From Lama guanicoe (lineage: Eukaryota): DNA of 64,000 bases. Below, one piece after another: positions 26,469 to 37,829 of the stretch. Each line of letters starts with the position of its first letter. Positions within the stretch are counted from its first letter, which is position 1. The translations under genes and the position numbers were made by a program. The notes below the pieces were generated by a model. It was not told the origin of the DNA. It worked only from the letters and a program-made list of their open reading frames with translations, and did no database searches. The stretch is from contig MU053376.1 in assembly GCA_013239625.1 (NCBI GenBank), forward strand, positions 2,282,507-2,346,506. Direction: 5' to 3'.

Positions 26469-26949
26469 AAGGGAAAGATGTTTTATGCTATTCTCAGCTG
26501 TCCATCCTCCACATCAGCCACGCGGCCAAGCCACACCAACATTTCCGAGCATCAGTTCCCTCTTAGAGAAAACAGCAGTGAGATACTACACAGTATAACC
26601 GATAGATGCCTAGTACTGACTTGCTCAAAATAAGTGCTCAATAAGTTGTCATTGTTGCCAGCATCTTATCAGCTATGAGGCTTCTCCAGGTGAGTTTCTG
26701 TCTGTCAATTTCAGATGCCCACTTCCTCATGTGAGGTGCCAGCCTCAGACTGAAGTTCGTCTGCGTTCCCTGGCAGACAGCTCTGACCCCCTGAAGCTTC
26801 CAGGCCGAGGGGCTCCCGGCTCTTCTCCACTTCAGCGTAGAGAGCCTCCCTCCCTGTCACATTGTCTTCTGCGAACCTCCGTTCTTAACCCTAACCTTTC
26901 AGCTCAGAATTTCAGCTTTGATGCTTCCCACTTCCTTCCTATGGTTACT

Positions 26950-27080
26950 TTAACCGAAGTGAGTCAGGTCTTACTGAAAAACTGACCACAGCCACTCGGC
27001 TCCCACCCTGCCTCCCCCAGAGCAGGGCCGCCTGGGCAGACCGTGAGGTGGGGCGGGGTGTTTACTCAGCCCATTCTTCC
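26950..27080. promoter_or_regulatory. Candidate IL10 3' enhancer (~+5.8 kb)
   Basis: AP-1 TGAGTCA 26960-26966, RUNX ACCACA 26985-26990, forkhead-like TGTTTAC near 27059; position fits the known CNS+6.45 region. Confidence 0.6.
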
Positions 27081-27481
27081 CCCTCTCCACCTCAAGTCAT
27101 GGGGCTTTGCGTAGGGCTTCCCCAGCCACTGCGCCCCTCCCAGCAGACCGCAGTCAGAAGCCAATCTCATTTGTCTGGCAACTCAAGGAGATAGCAGATG
27201 TGCAGCATCTTGGGTCCTCAGGCAACCTATTGACTGGGCTGATTTCCTTATATTCCACTCTGTTGGGTCCAGCCTGTTGCCTCTGATCTCGGCTCAAGAA
27301 GGATTTGGTAGGAGTTTTTAGGTGTGAAGCCCAGCAACTGCCACCTTGGGGCCCTGGGACCATCTTCTTGCGTCTGGAAGCATGCTGGCACTTTGTCTGA
27401 ATCCTTGCAAGCTCAGGCAAATTAGTACTCACCCTGGGACTTTGGAGCTTGAGGAAGCAAACAACAGCAACAACAACACAA

Positions 27482-27577
27482 GAGAAACAAAAGAACACAC
27501 CAAACACCGAGAAACAAAAGAACACACCAAACACCGAGAAACAAAAGAACACACCAGCACCGAAAAACAAAACACAC
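27482..27577. repeat. 27-bp minisatellite, ~3.5 copies
   Basis: GAGAAACAAAAGAACACACCAAACACC twice exactly, then a near copy and a partial copy. Confidence 0.9.
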
Positions 27578-27604
27578 TGAGAAACTTCCTCTGCCTAGCT
27601 TTTC

Positions 27605-27984
27605 AAAAAAAAAATTAAACTATAGTCAATTTACAATGTTGTATTAATTTCTGGTGTACAGCATAGTGATTCATTTATACATATACATATATATTCCTTT
27701 TCATATTCTTTTTCATTACAGGCCATTACAAGGTGTTGAATATAGTTCCCTGTGCTGCACGCTAGGACCTGGTTGTTTATCTACTTTATATGTAGTAGTT
27801 AGTATCTGCAAATCTGGAACTCCCAATTTATCCATCCTCACCCGCTTTCCCCTGGTTAACCGTAAGTTTGTTTTCAACGTCTGTGAGTCTGTCCCCGTTT
27901 TGTAAATAAGTTCATTTGTGTCTTTTTTTCTTTTTTCTTTTTTAGATTCCACATATAAGTGATATGGTATTTTTCTCTTTCTGT
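27605..27984 (-). mobile_element. L1 3'UTR fragment
   Basis: Highly similar to 15800-16160; imperfect TSD CTGCCTAnCTTnT at 27591-27603 and 27985-27997. Confidence 0.85.
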
Positions 27985-28305
27985 CTGCCTATCTTCTAAA
28001 TTTTGGTATGTGAAGAACCTCATCCTTAGCCTTAAAAATCAGCCTGATCATAAAGGATAATTCTTTAAAGGACTGAGTTTGTGGGGAGACTATGGTGGCC
28101 TTTGCCACTGGCTTTGGAAAGGAAAACAGCTTTTTCTCTGATCAGATTTGGAGACTTCTCTCTCTCTCTCGGGAGAAGACAGCTGGCTTTGTTTCTCTGG
28201 AATATAGCATTCATTCATCTAGTCTTTTCTAGCTTGGAAACTGAGAGAAAAATTTTAGTCAGACAGAAGCCAACGGACACCATCACATGACTTTCATAAG
28301 ACCTC

Positions 28306-28315
28306 TTTATTTATT
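28306..28315 (-). terminator. IL10: IL10 polyA signal (two overlapping AATAAA)
   Basis: Plus-strand TTTATTTATT reads AATAAATAAA on the minus strand, ~700 nt after the stop codon. Confidence 0.85.
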
Positions 28316-28689
28316 CAAAATTAAAATCTGTGATGAAGACAGACAAACAATGTAACATTCCCAGAGGAATTGAATTGCTTCTAGTTAAAACTGAGTTCTA
28401 TTAGAACCAACTTTAGGTTGTTATAAATAACAAGCTGGCCACAGCTTTCAAGAATGAAGTGGTTGGGGCGTGAGGTCAGGGGAATCCCTCAGAGACGCCG
28501 GGATATCAGTTGTCCTAGGGTTTCTCTTCCTATGAGCCTGAGTCTTTGTAATATTCCAAGAGCCTCAGGCCCGGGGACAAGAAAAATTAGAGGGAGGTCA
28601 GGGGACACAGCCCGACAGCTATAAAGTGTGGTTAGGCTTGGAATGGAGGCTTCAGTTGGCTCCCCAAGGAAGATTTTTTTTTCCTTATA

Positions 28690-28875
28690 TAACTTAAATT
28701 TTTCTCAAACACTCAAATACCACAGGGCATCATCACCCTATGGAAACAGCTTAAACACAGGTGAAAATAATAAATATTGAAACAAGTACAATATCAGGCT
28801 TCTTTCTAAATAGTTCACAGAGAAGCTCAGTAAATAAATAGAAATGGGAGTTGAGGTAACAGAAGTAATAAATAT
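28690..28875 (-). promoter_or_regulatory. IL10: IL10 3'UTR AU-rich element cluster
   Basis: ATTTA pentamers (plus TAAAT) at 28695, 28771, 28807, 28831, 28835 and 28869. Confidence 0.85.
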
Positions 28876-29013
28876 TCTAGGAGAGGTACAACAGGACCCT
28901 CCAAGGAGCTGCTTCTGCCCTCCCAGAGACCGGGATCGGATTTTGGAGATCTCCAACTTATGTCCTAGAGTCCAGGAGAGTTGCAGCCCGGAGGTTTTGT
29001 TGCCTAGAACGCT

Positions 29014-29106
29014 TCAGTTCTTCATCTTCATTGTCATGTAGGCTTCTATGTAGTTGATAAAGATGTCGAACTCACTCATGGCTTTGTAGACCCCCTTCTC
29101 TTGGAG
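29014..29106 (-). CDS. IL10: Interleukin-10 exon 5 ([30 protein letters not shown])
   Basis: IL-10 family signature [13 protein letters not shown] acceptor; TGA stop; 93 nt. Confidence 0.98.
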   Translation of the reverse strand, partial: LQEKGVYKAMSEFDIFINYIEAYMTMKMKN

Positions 29107-30163
29107 CTGTGTAGCGAAATACGAAATGTTCAGTGAAAACCCCGTCTGAGCAAGTAAGTGGGTCCCCCTCCTTGGATGGGCATGAGCCTGGGGCCCATGT
29201 GTTGGGAGGTGAGAGGTGAAGCCCGGGACCCTGAGGATACGCCTGGCTGCCTGGGGAGAGGCTGTGCACTGGCCTGGAATGTGGCCAGCGGGCAGCAAGA
29301 GGAACATTCCCTGTGCAAAGCACAGTCTTCCAAATGGTGCCTTTTCAACAGTTTTGAAGGTCATGTGCTCGCATGGTGTTTATTCAAAATTCGATGAAAA
29401 GACATTAGAGGAACCACTTTGAAAGTGAAACAGTGAGTGAGAGGAGCCTTTTTTAGGCTTATGCTCCCCCACCCATGGATTGAGCAGGCCCTGCCCTGCT
29501 GCTCTGGCCTCGTGTGGGGGGATTCATGCCCCCTGATGCTGGAACCCTGCCCAGCGTCTGTCCCCAGCCCACGGAGAGGACATAGGCCCCGTGGCTTCTG
29601 GGAAACGGGGCCTGAGAGTTCACGGACAGTTGGAAGCGTGAAACCCTGCTTGGTCTGAGCTGAGATTCTCAAGCATCTTGGGAAGTGTGAACCGCAGGTG
29701 GAAGGAGGTGGGGACCAACTCCAGAGAAGGGAGCGTTCGGCTTCCTGCTCTGAGCTTGGGGGAGTTCGGGCTGAGCCCCTGCGTGTGTTTGTAAGTGAAC
29801 ATTCACGTGCCGGCTTCCTGCACGTGTAGCTTCGGCCTAGATTCCCAACCAGCTACTTTCTGTTTCCTTTGTCACTCTCCCCAGCACCCTGCTCACTGTG
29901 TTCACAGCTGGCTGGTCGGCCCAACCCGCAGGCCTGCCAAGGCGGGGAGCAGTCATTTAGAAACCCCCAAAGTCACTTCACAGAAAGCAAATATAACTGA
30001 GGCGGCAGCTCCTCACTGGCTGAGGAGGTCACACCATGTGTCAGGTTCTCACACTGCCTCGGAGCCAAAGACAGGGCCTGCTTAGCACCCGCCGACCTCC
30101 GCCCCTTGGGAGTGGGGAGAGGTCACATTCCCCCAGCCCTCCCTGCCCAGCATCCCAGCTCAC

Positions 30164-30229
30164 CTTACTGAAGACACTCTTCACCTGCTCCACCGCCTTG
30201 CTCTTGTTTTCACAGGGGAGAAATCGATG
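30164..30229 (-). CDS. IL10: Interleukin-10 exon 4 ([22 protein letters not shown])
   Basis: 66 nt, CAG acceptor and GTGAG donor. Confidence 0.98.
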
Positions 30230-31276
30230 CTGTGGAAGGAAAGAGAAAGTGTGAATGATACTGGCTCCCAGCTCCTGGGTCCACAGCGCTTGGAGGACAA
30301 GCTTGTGGCGTGAAGAGGCCAGACTCATCTTGAATGCCTACCCTCCAGAGCTCCTGGGGCCGACGCGGAGCCTACCTCCTCCTTCCCTGCCCTGGACAGA
30401 GAAGAAATATCGCCCAAGGGATGAAACATGTTTCTCCTCCTGGAAGCTACTCCTGGATGTTTACAAGGCTGCCTCAAAGCCCAGGTCTGGGAGCTGCCTC
30501 ACCTGGCACGTCCCAGTGCCGACCAGAGGGCCGAGCCAGCCGTGTGTCCTGTCCTGCTTCTCTGCCCTGTCCTTGTCCTGCAGTCCCGGCCACGAGGACC
30601 ATTTCTAAGTCCCAGAGGAATAGAGACAGCGTCAGCTCTGCCGGCCAACCCCCTTTGCATAGTCCTGTCCTACAAATAGAAACCCGCTGATTGCTCAGTA
30701 CTGGCGAGGGAGCAGAGGAAGCCAGCGGTGAGGGTATCAATTCAACTGGAGAAATAACTTGTTCTGGGGAATTATTCATAGGCACTAGCCTGGAGGTGAG
30801 GGGGCCCCTGGCCCCTCGAAAATACTGGGGGAAATCCTGGCAGTCATTTGGGCCCCACTTGGAGCTTAGCTTTTAAAAGGTTAAGAATAAGAGGAAAGCA
30901 GTTTTCTCTCCCGGGACTCTCACCTCTGGCCCCTCCTGGGGACCCAGGGCCTAGGTTCGCAGGGACGAGAGAGCCCCAGCCGAAGCTCTGAGCTCTGAGG
31001 CCCTCTCATGAAGAGAGGGGAATAGCTAATAACCCACAAATGACTCACAAATAACAGGAAAGCTGTTGCAAATCTTCACATGTAAATGCCTTAGCGGCCA
31101 CCCCCACCCGCAGCTTGGAGAGAAATGAGCAAGAAAGAGGACTCCTGCCCAGAGCACGAGCGGGCCTGCCAGCCTGGGCCTCTGTGTCGGGGTGCGAGCC
31201 CGTTCGGAGGTGGCGTTTCTGGAAGAGTCGCCCGGCAGGAGCCGCCCGGGAGGGGAAGAGCTGGTCTGCTACTTAC

Positions 31277-31429
31277 ACAGCGACGCAGCCTCAGTCTGAG
31301 GGTCTTCAGCTTCTCCCCCAGGGAGTTCACATGCTCCTTGATGTCAGGGCCGTGGTTCTCCGCCTGCGGCATCACCTCCTCCAGGTAAAACTGGATCATC
31401 TCCGACAAGGCTTGGCAACCCAGGTAACC
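31277..31429 (-). CDS. IL10: Interleukin-10 exon 3 ([19 protein letters not shown]...RLRLRRC)
   Basis: 153 nt, TAG acceptor and GTAAGT donor. Confidence 0.98.
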
Positions 31430-31692
31430 CTAAGGGCGGAAGCCAGGGTGGGTGGTGACTGGGAGGAAGGGCTACCGCTGGAGAGGACAGCTTTGTCCCT
31501 GGGGAGCTTCCTAAGTGGCCGCCTCCCCCCAGGGCTGAGCACCCCTCCCCCTCCCTCCGGCTGCTGGCGATGTGCTGAGTTAAGATCTTCCCACTTCTCC
31601 TTTTCAAAGCGAAGGAAGCAGGTCCTTGCAGGCCAGAAACGGAGCCTCCCCTAGTCACACTGCTCAGTCCCCCACGCCCACCCAGCTCTCAC

Positions 31693-31752
31693 CTTAAAGT
31701 CCTCCAGCAGGGACCTGGTCAACAGCATGTTGTCCAGCTGGTCCTTCATTTG
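31693..31752 (-). CDS. IL10: Interleukin-10 exon 2 (QMKDQLDNMLLTRSLLEDFK)
   Basis: 60 nt, CAG acceptor and GTGAG donor; read directly from sequence, absent from the ORF track. Confidence 0.98.
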
Positions 31753-32562
31753 CTGCAAGAAGAACAAAAGGAGAATGAACCCGAGGTTTGGGGAAAATAC
31801 TGAAAATGACTGTCTTTCCAATTCCACTTTTCTTTGTAGAGTTTTTGATTTTTAATCAAGGCGTCCCCGGCCCCAAAAGGAAAAAGAGAACTTTCAAAAC
31901 AGGACATGCGACAGTGCCGGAGCCCTTCATTAAATCAGGTCCTTCCCCGCGGGATCAAGTTATTTTAAAAATTGGGCTGATTTTGAAGGCGAGGCAGAAG
32001 CTTGCTGGGGTCCTGGTCTTCTCTCTGCAGGGCCAGGTCGGGTGTGAAGGGGCCCCCATGCCAACCCCCTCCCTCCTCAATGCCCTTTGCTTTTCTGCTG
32101 TCGATGTCCAGCTGCAGCCCTGAAAGGTCTCTGGGAACGCGAGGCACCTCCTAATGCAGGTTTCCTCCCGCTATGGCGCTTCCCCAAACCGCCCGTCTTT
32201 CAGATTCTGGAGGCCTTCTAAGCTGAGGCAACATGTTTCCCTGCCACGGGGAACACCTCCAGTCAGACCGTCTGTGATCTCTCCCAGCCAGTGAAGTATC
32301 AAGCGCCAGTGGAATCTTAGAGAAATTTCCAGGCATGGGAGAGAGAATGCATTTACCTTTTTACGGCAGCTTTATCTGCACAATTTGCTGCATCACCAGG
32401 GCTGGGATTAACTCACTGAACCCACAGCTTGGCCAGGGACCCTCTTAAGAACTGAAGTTTCAGGGGAATGGGTGCTGGGGATGGAGGTGCAGGAGGTTCT
32501 TAGAATTCCTGCTGAATGTGTTGTTCAGGGACTCCCGGGGGCAGGAAGGGCATGATACTCAC

Positions 32563-32727
32563 AAAGAAAGTCTTCACCCTGCCAAAGGCGGCTCGGAGCT
32601 CCCGGAGCATGTGGGGCAGGCTGGCTGGGAAGTGGGCGCAGCTGTTCTCAGACTGGGTGCCTTGGTCTCGGCTGGCTGCCACTCCGGCCAGGAGGATCAG
32701 GCAGCAGAGCAGTGCTGAGCGGGGCAT
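32563..32727 (-). CDS. IL10: Interleukin-10 exon 1 coding part ([18 protein letters not shown] signal peptide...RVKTFF)
   Basis: GCCATG start, 165 nt, GTGAGT donor. Exons sum to 537 nt = 178 aa plus stop. Confidence 0.98.
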
Positions 32728-32821
32728 GGCGGAGCTGGGTCTTCTTCGTCGAGTCGGACTTGTGGTTTGATTTTGCAAGAGCAAGCCCCTGTTGTGTAGA
32801 CCTTCACCTACTGTGTCCCTC

Positions 32822-32828
32822 TTTTATA
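32822..32828 (-). promoter_or_regulatory. IL10: IL10 TATA box TATAAAA
   Basis: About 25-30 nt upstream of the inferred TSS (~32797). Confidence 0.9.
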
Positions 32829-33200
32829 TTGTGGTTCAGTGAGGCCTCCCCATTCATAAAAAAAAGCCACAGTGTTACATATTTCCTGGCAAAGGTTTTT
32901 TTCTGATTAGAGCCCCTCCCTTCCCTTAGACCTTTCCAAAGTTTTGCATTCATTGAACCTCTTACTCAAAGTTTTAATTTTTGCATCATAAGCAAAAGAG
33001 ATGTTTGAAAAATGAACTTCTGCATATGGCTATTTTAGGAGATGCTACCTCTCTCTCTCCCTTTTAAAATAATTTTTCAGCTTTTCTTAATAAAAAAAAG
33101 TTGATTTCCTGGGGTGAACAGCTGTTCTGTGCGCAGAGACCCAGAGCTGTGGCTTCCATTCACGTGTTCCTAGGTCACAGTGACGTGGACAAATTTGCCA
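32829..33200 (-). promoter_or_regulatory. IL10: IL10 proximal promoter with STAT-like site, E-box and CRE-like site
   Basis: TGCCAGGAA (minus, 32883-32891), CACGTG 33161-33166, TGACGTGG 33181-33188. Confidence 0.65.
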
Positions 33201-33968
33201 TTCCAAAATACACTGGGATTGAGAAATAACTGGGTCCCCTTCCTAACCTGGGTTGAATACTCAGGGCTTCTCCTTGCTGAATTGAGTAGTCACCTCTCTG
33301 GGCCTCAGTTTCCCCAAGTGAAAGCAAGGGTGTAAGCTAAATATCCTCAAAGCTGCCTTCTGGTTTTTTTTTTTTTTTCTGTTCCAGGACTTCCCCTTAA
33401 AGAGGCTGGCTTCCCACAGGACAGGCAGGGAAATGGGAGATGCTCCAGGCTCCTTCTCTGGCTCTGGGTTCATTTAGACTCTCAGATCCATGCCTCTAGC
33501 CTCCTTGGCCATCCCGGTCCTTGGGGGAAGTTAATAATAAAAGTAGTCTGTGCTTACCGGGGGCTGTACCTGCCAGTCACCGTGACCCTCGTCTCCACTT
33601 TCTAGTGAGCAAACCAAGACACAGAGATGTTCAGGACTCTGACCAAGGTTACATGTATACTGAGCGAGGAAGCCAAAACCTGCACCCAGGCTTGTCTGCC
33701 GTAAACACCACGCTCCTTCCCCTTCTCCATGCTGTCCCTGGTGTGCAGAATGAAAAGTTTGGATTAACAACTCATTAGATGTCTCGAGAGTTGTAAGAGT
33801 CTATGGCTGGAGACTTAAGCTTGAAAGATGGGGGGGGGAGAAGTAGGAAAAAAACAGGGAAAATAAGTTGGGATTCTGTGAAGGCTGGACGTGGAAGGCC
33901 CCTTTCCTGCCTCTCACCTGTCCCTCTCCTCCTTCCAAAGAAGACTTTGTTGTCTTGCCTTGGATTTA

Positions 33969-33971
<3 letters not shown>

Positions 33972-34003
<32 letters not shown>
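33972..34003. repeat. (GT)16 microsatellite at about -1.2 kb of IL10
   Basis: Direct read. Confidence 0.95.
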
Positions 34004-34005
<2 letters not shown>

Positions 34006-37000
34006 GGAGGGGAGAAGATTAGGCAGATGTGGTGAGAAATGCTGCTCTACCTCCAGTAAGGAAAGTCTGGGACAGTGACGTTACGTCTGCAGATACCTGG
34101 AACATCTCTGGGGGGCCTTGCTTGTGGCTTGCCCCCTCCCTCCCACCAGGGCTTCTCAGCTACCCCAGGGAAGACAACACCTGGGAAGAACTCTGACCTG
34201 GGGGGACCGGAGGCCTGGGCACCACCCTGGTTCTGTCACTCTTTAAACCCAGAGCAGGTTACTGACCGCCCTGTGTCTGTTTTCCATCGCATCCAAGGGG
34301 GCAACAGTACCTGCCTCCTCCCCTGCCAGCGGCCTTTGGGCTTCATGTGGGATGGGGCGGGGAGGTAACGGGGGGGACCAAGATTTAGGGTAGCTCCTGT
34401 GTTTCCGTTGTCTCCTTGCCCTCCTGCTTCAGCACCGGGATACTGTCAGTGGCCCCGTGTTCTAAGCCCGCCCTTGAAGAAGCTCGCTGCACCAGAGCAA
34501 GCGGAACAGACCCCCTGGGCCAAGCCAATCTGAAGGGCGTGGTGGGGAGGAGTGGGGGGCTCCAGGCCCACCCTGCGGAGGGGTCTTGTGGGTCAGGAGC
34601 AGGGGGTTGTAGTCTTTCTTCTCAACCCTTCGGGGAGTGTCGATGCAGATGCCTAGGGCTTGTGAAGGGAGAAAGGGCCACGAGAAACAACAGTGGGGCT
34701 GACCCAGGAGGGGCTGCTCCTGCCAGATTTACATTGGGCTTGGGAGTCCTGAGTTTTGCCACCAAGGAGTAGAGAGAAGGGGCTGGGACTGGATTTTGCA
34801 TCCCTTCCCCTCTTCTCCTTCCCTCTTGGCTCTTAGGTTTTCTGGGCTGTGTCTGCTTTATTTAGCGTGCAGGGCTGACCCCCTCTGTGAGCCGGGTGTC
34901 CTGGGGGCAGACTCGGCATAGCAGGCCACTCAGGCCAGAGGACACAAACCCGGTGAGACTAAAAGCCACTTCCTTCCAACCCAGGCAGCACAGACCCCTC
35001 CTCTTGCCTTTGTTTGCCCCCATGCCCTGTGCTCTCCTCCACTACTCAATCCCCAATCCATGTTGCTGTCATCCACGTGCACAACTGCCTCCCCCGTCAG
35101 CTGTGAGCTCCCTGAGACACGGTGCTGCTTCATTACCCTTTGCGTACCTGGTGCTGAGCACAGGTTCTGGCCCATGGTAGGTACCAGGTACATAGCTTCC
35201 TTCATTCCATGTTGGGATGGGCATAGCAGAGTACCCTGTAGCCTGGACCAGGCTGGAGGAGCCTGGACAAGGGCCGGTCTGTGCATAGGCAAGCGCTCAC
35301 AGGGACAGGGAGAGCAACTCAGGGAGGCAGGCAGAATCCCTTCCACTTTCTTCTTACCATTTGAGATACGTAGGTAAATGCACACACATGCACGCGATGG
35401 CAGGACGAAGGGAGGTGGACCAGAGCCATTGCTGTCATCCTTTATTCCATAGTCCATTTAGTAGGGTTAGGGGTAGGCTCTGACTCTTTTCTTTGCTTTG
35501 GGATGCGTTGCCAGTTATCTCAAGCCATTTGTTAATTAGTTGATCCTTTCTCCATTGACTTGAAATCATTGTCCTCTCCCATCTCAAAAGTTTCAGAATC
35601 TAAATGGTCAGAGACGACCACAGGCAAGTTCCTTGCTGCAATTACTTAACTAATGAATGGAGATAACAGTATCTTTCCTATCCACATGTCTCTGAGGATT
35701 GATGTCACGCTAACACAAGGGAAGAGGTGTGAACATTTGGAAGAAGACCCTCTGCTTATATATCGACAAAACGACAAGAACACCAAAGGTGACTTCTATT
35801 TCTTAAGACTGAAGGTATCGCTCATCTGAAAAGTCATTATGATCCACTGGGAAAAGTCCCAGACTCATAGGTCGCGTAGATGAGACATAAATGTCAATAG
35901 TCTGCATGTTGGGGGATTTGAGTCGGGGATTCAGCCCACGGGAAGAGCCTGTGTAGGGAAGAAAGTGAGGGAGCAAGCACCTGTGGGTGGGTGGTGTGTT
36001 GGTCTGGGTACCAACTGGCCCTGTGAATTTCAAGACAACACAGATGCTTCTCGTTAGACTGTGAGCTCCTTGAGGGCAAATGGCCTGAGTCCAATTTTCG
36101 CTCCAGTCTAGATCCATAGCAGGTAATCCGGGCTTATTAAATTGAATTTAAATAAATTCTTCCTCATGGGGACTCCCTGAGAAATCAGAAAGAAGTGTGG
36201 GAGGGGAAATACCTTTTCTCTTCCACCCCTGCTCCAGACTATTCCCTAATGTCCATATTCAGCTGAATAGAAAGAACATCTGACTCACCATGGCTTAGAA
36301 AGGAAAGGGATACTATTTGTTTGGTCTCCCTTACCAGGAACTTCAGAGGCAGAGAGTCTCAGTAGCGCCGCATTCAAATACCAGGCAGAACTTGCCTTCT
36401 CCGCCTTTCTCCTTTCCTACCAATTGTTGTAAGATGTTAGGGAGGAGGCACGTGGGTAAAGTCCTAAGGTCCAAAGACATGTCAGCTCAGGAGATGCTGA
36501 TTATCTTTCTGGAAAGCTCCATCAGTGAGTTTCACCACTTGAGCTGCGCAGGACTCCAGGTAGACAAGAAGTGTGAATAAATTTTGGAGGGCGCTGTCCC
36601 CACTGCACAAGAGCTTACAAGGAATCTCCCCCCCGGCTACTCTCATGCTCGGCAGAATGGTAGCCGTCTGGGTATAACTGCCCCGTGCCTTGCAGCGAAT
36701 CTGCAACTCAGACCTGAGAATGGGGAGCAGACCGAGAGCCCTGCGGGGCTGCCCTGGAGTCACAAAGGGAAGGCTGTGGAATCTGGGCTTGCTGGGCTCA
36801 GGCTTTAGCCAGCCGGCCTGTCAACAGGGCCACCACGAAGGGAGCAGGCAGCTCAGTGATGCTGGCAGGGAAGGTGGGAGGGTGCCCTCCGGGGGCAAAG
36901 CTGCTGAGCCTCCCAGTGAGGAATCCCCGTGGGGCTTGGCTCCCGATTGCTCATTTGTAGCTATTAACTTAAGGCTGATAACAGGAGTTTCATTTCTTCT

Positions 37001-37396
37001 TCTGCAGGACATCTAGGATGTACGATAGTTTCCCCAGCTTGACATTTCTAGTATTCCCTTGAATAACCTTCCTCAGCTCCCTGGGCAGAGGCTTCCTCAG
37101 TGGCTGTGCTGCAACAGGCCTGGTCAATGGCACAGAGTCTGGCCTCACACCCCGCCCAGTGTGACCAGTTGGGGCCCGAGGGGACAGGGCTCTGTCTTGG
37201 ACTTTGGCCTTGTGGCTGGCATGCTTCTGAATAAAATCCTGGTGGGTCAGAAGTTTACAAGGAGCCCGTGTCAGGGCTGGCCCCTAAATGGAATCGAGCA
37301 AGGCTTATGCAAACTGGAGTGGGTGCCCTTCCGAGGACTGTGGCCGACAGACACTGCAAACCACAGCGGAAGGGCTGATCTTTGGACAGCCATCGT

Positions 37397-37406
37397 GGAA
37401 TTCCCC
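37397..37406 (-). promoter_or_regulatory. NF-kB site GGGGAATTCC at -4.6 kb
   Basis: Perfect kB consensus at the position of the known Il10 HSS-4.5 element; RUNX and C/EBP-like motifs nearby. Confidence 0.7.
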
Positions 37407-37829
37407 TTTGTGCAACGGTGGCGCCGAATCAAGCAATTTGGATTTTCCTTGGGGGACAGACACTGTGTTCTGTAACTGCTCATATGAGAAGGTTGGCTGC
37501 AGGGGCCAGGACACCAGGTGCTGGAGCCCTTGCCACCCAGAGGTTCCAGCTGTCTGCTGTGTCTGTGTGACTACCTAGAGTGACTAGTGGATTCCTGCAG
37601 CTCCAGGGCTGTCTCTCTGATGGGATTGAGTTTACTCAGATCTCCCCGGATGGCTGACACTTCAAGCCCAGCAGATCCAAGCAGGACATGTGACTTGTGT
37701 AGTTGCATGGGGTGTCTTGTGCATAGAAGGGCCCTGCCCTTGCTCTGCTGTCACTGTCTTGAAATTCTTAACAACTGTTGAACAAGAGGCTCCACATTTT
37801 CATTTTGTGCTGGGCCTCTGATTTCTGTG

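Larger units (their letters stand above)
28290..32797 (-). other. IL10: IL10 gene span (approximate TSS to polyA site)
   Basis: Five exons, TATA box and polyA signal found. TSS and cleavage site are inferred. Confidence 0.92.

Noticed and set aside
27482..27577. CRISPR-like repeat array or coding repeat
   Set aside because: Head-to-tail repeats with no spacers, in mammalian DNA.
30828..30837. kB-like GGGGAAATCC in intron 3
   Set aside because: Imperfect match to GGGRNNYYCC, with no independent support.
31115..31654. 179-aa + strand ORF over IL10 exon 3
   Set aside because: Non-ATG start; antisense shadow ORF in GC-rich sequence.
32500..32784. N-terminally extended IL-10 ORF
   Set aside because: The track starts at a TTG in the 5'UTR and reads into intron 1; the real start is the ATG at 32727.
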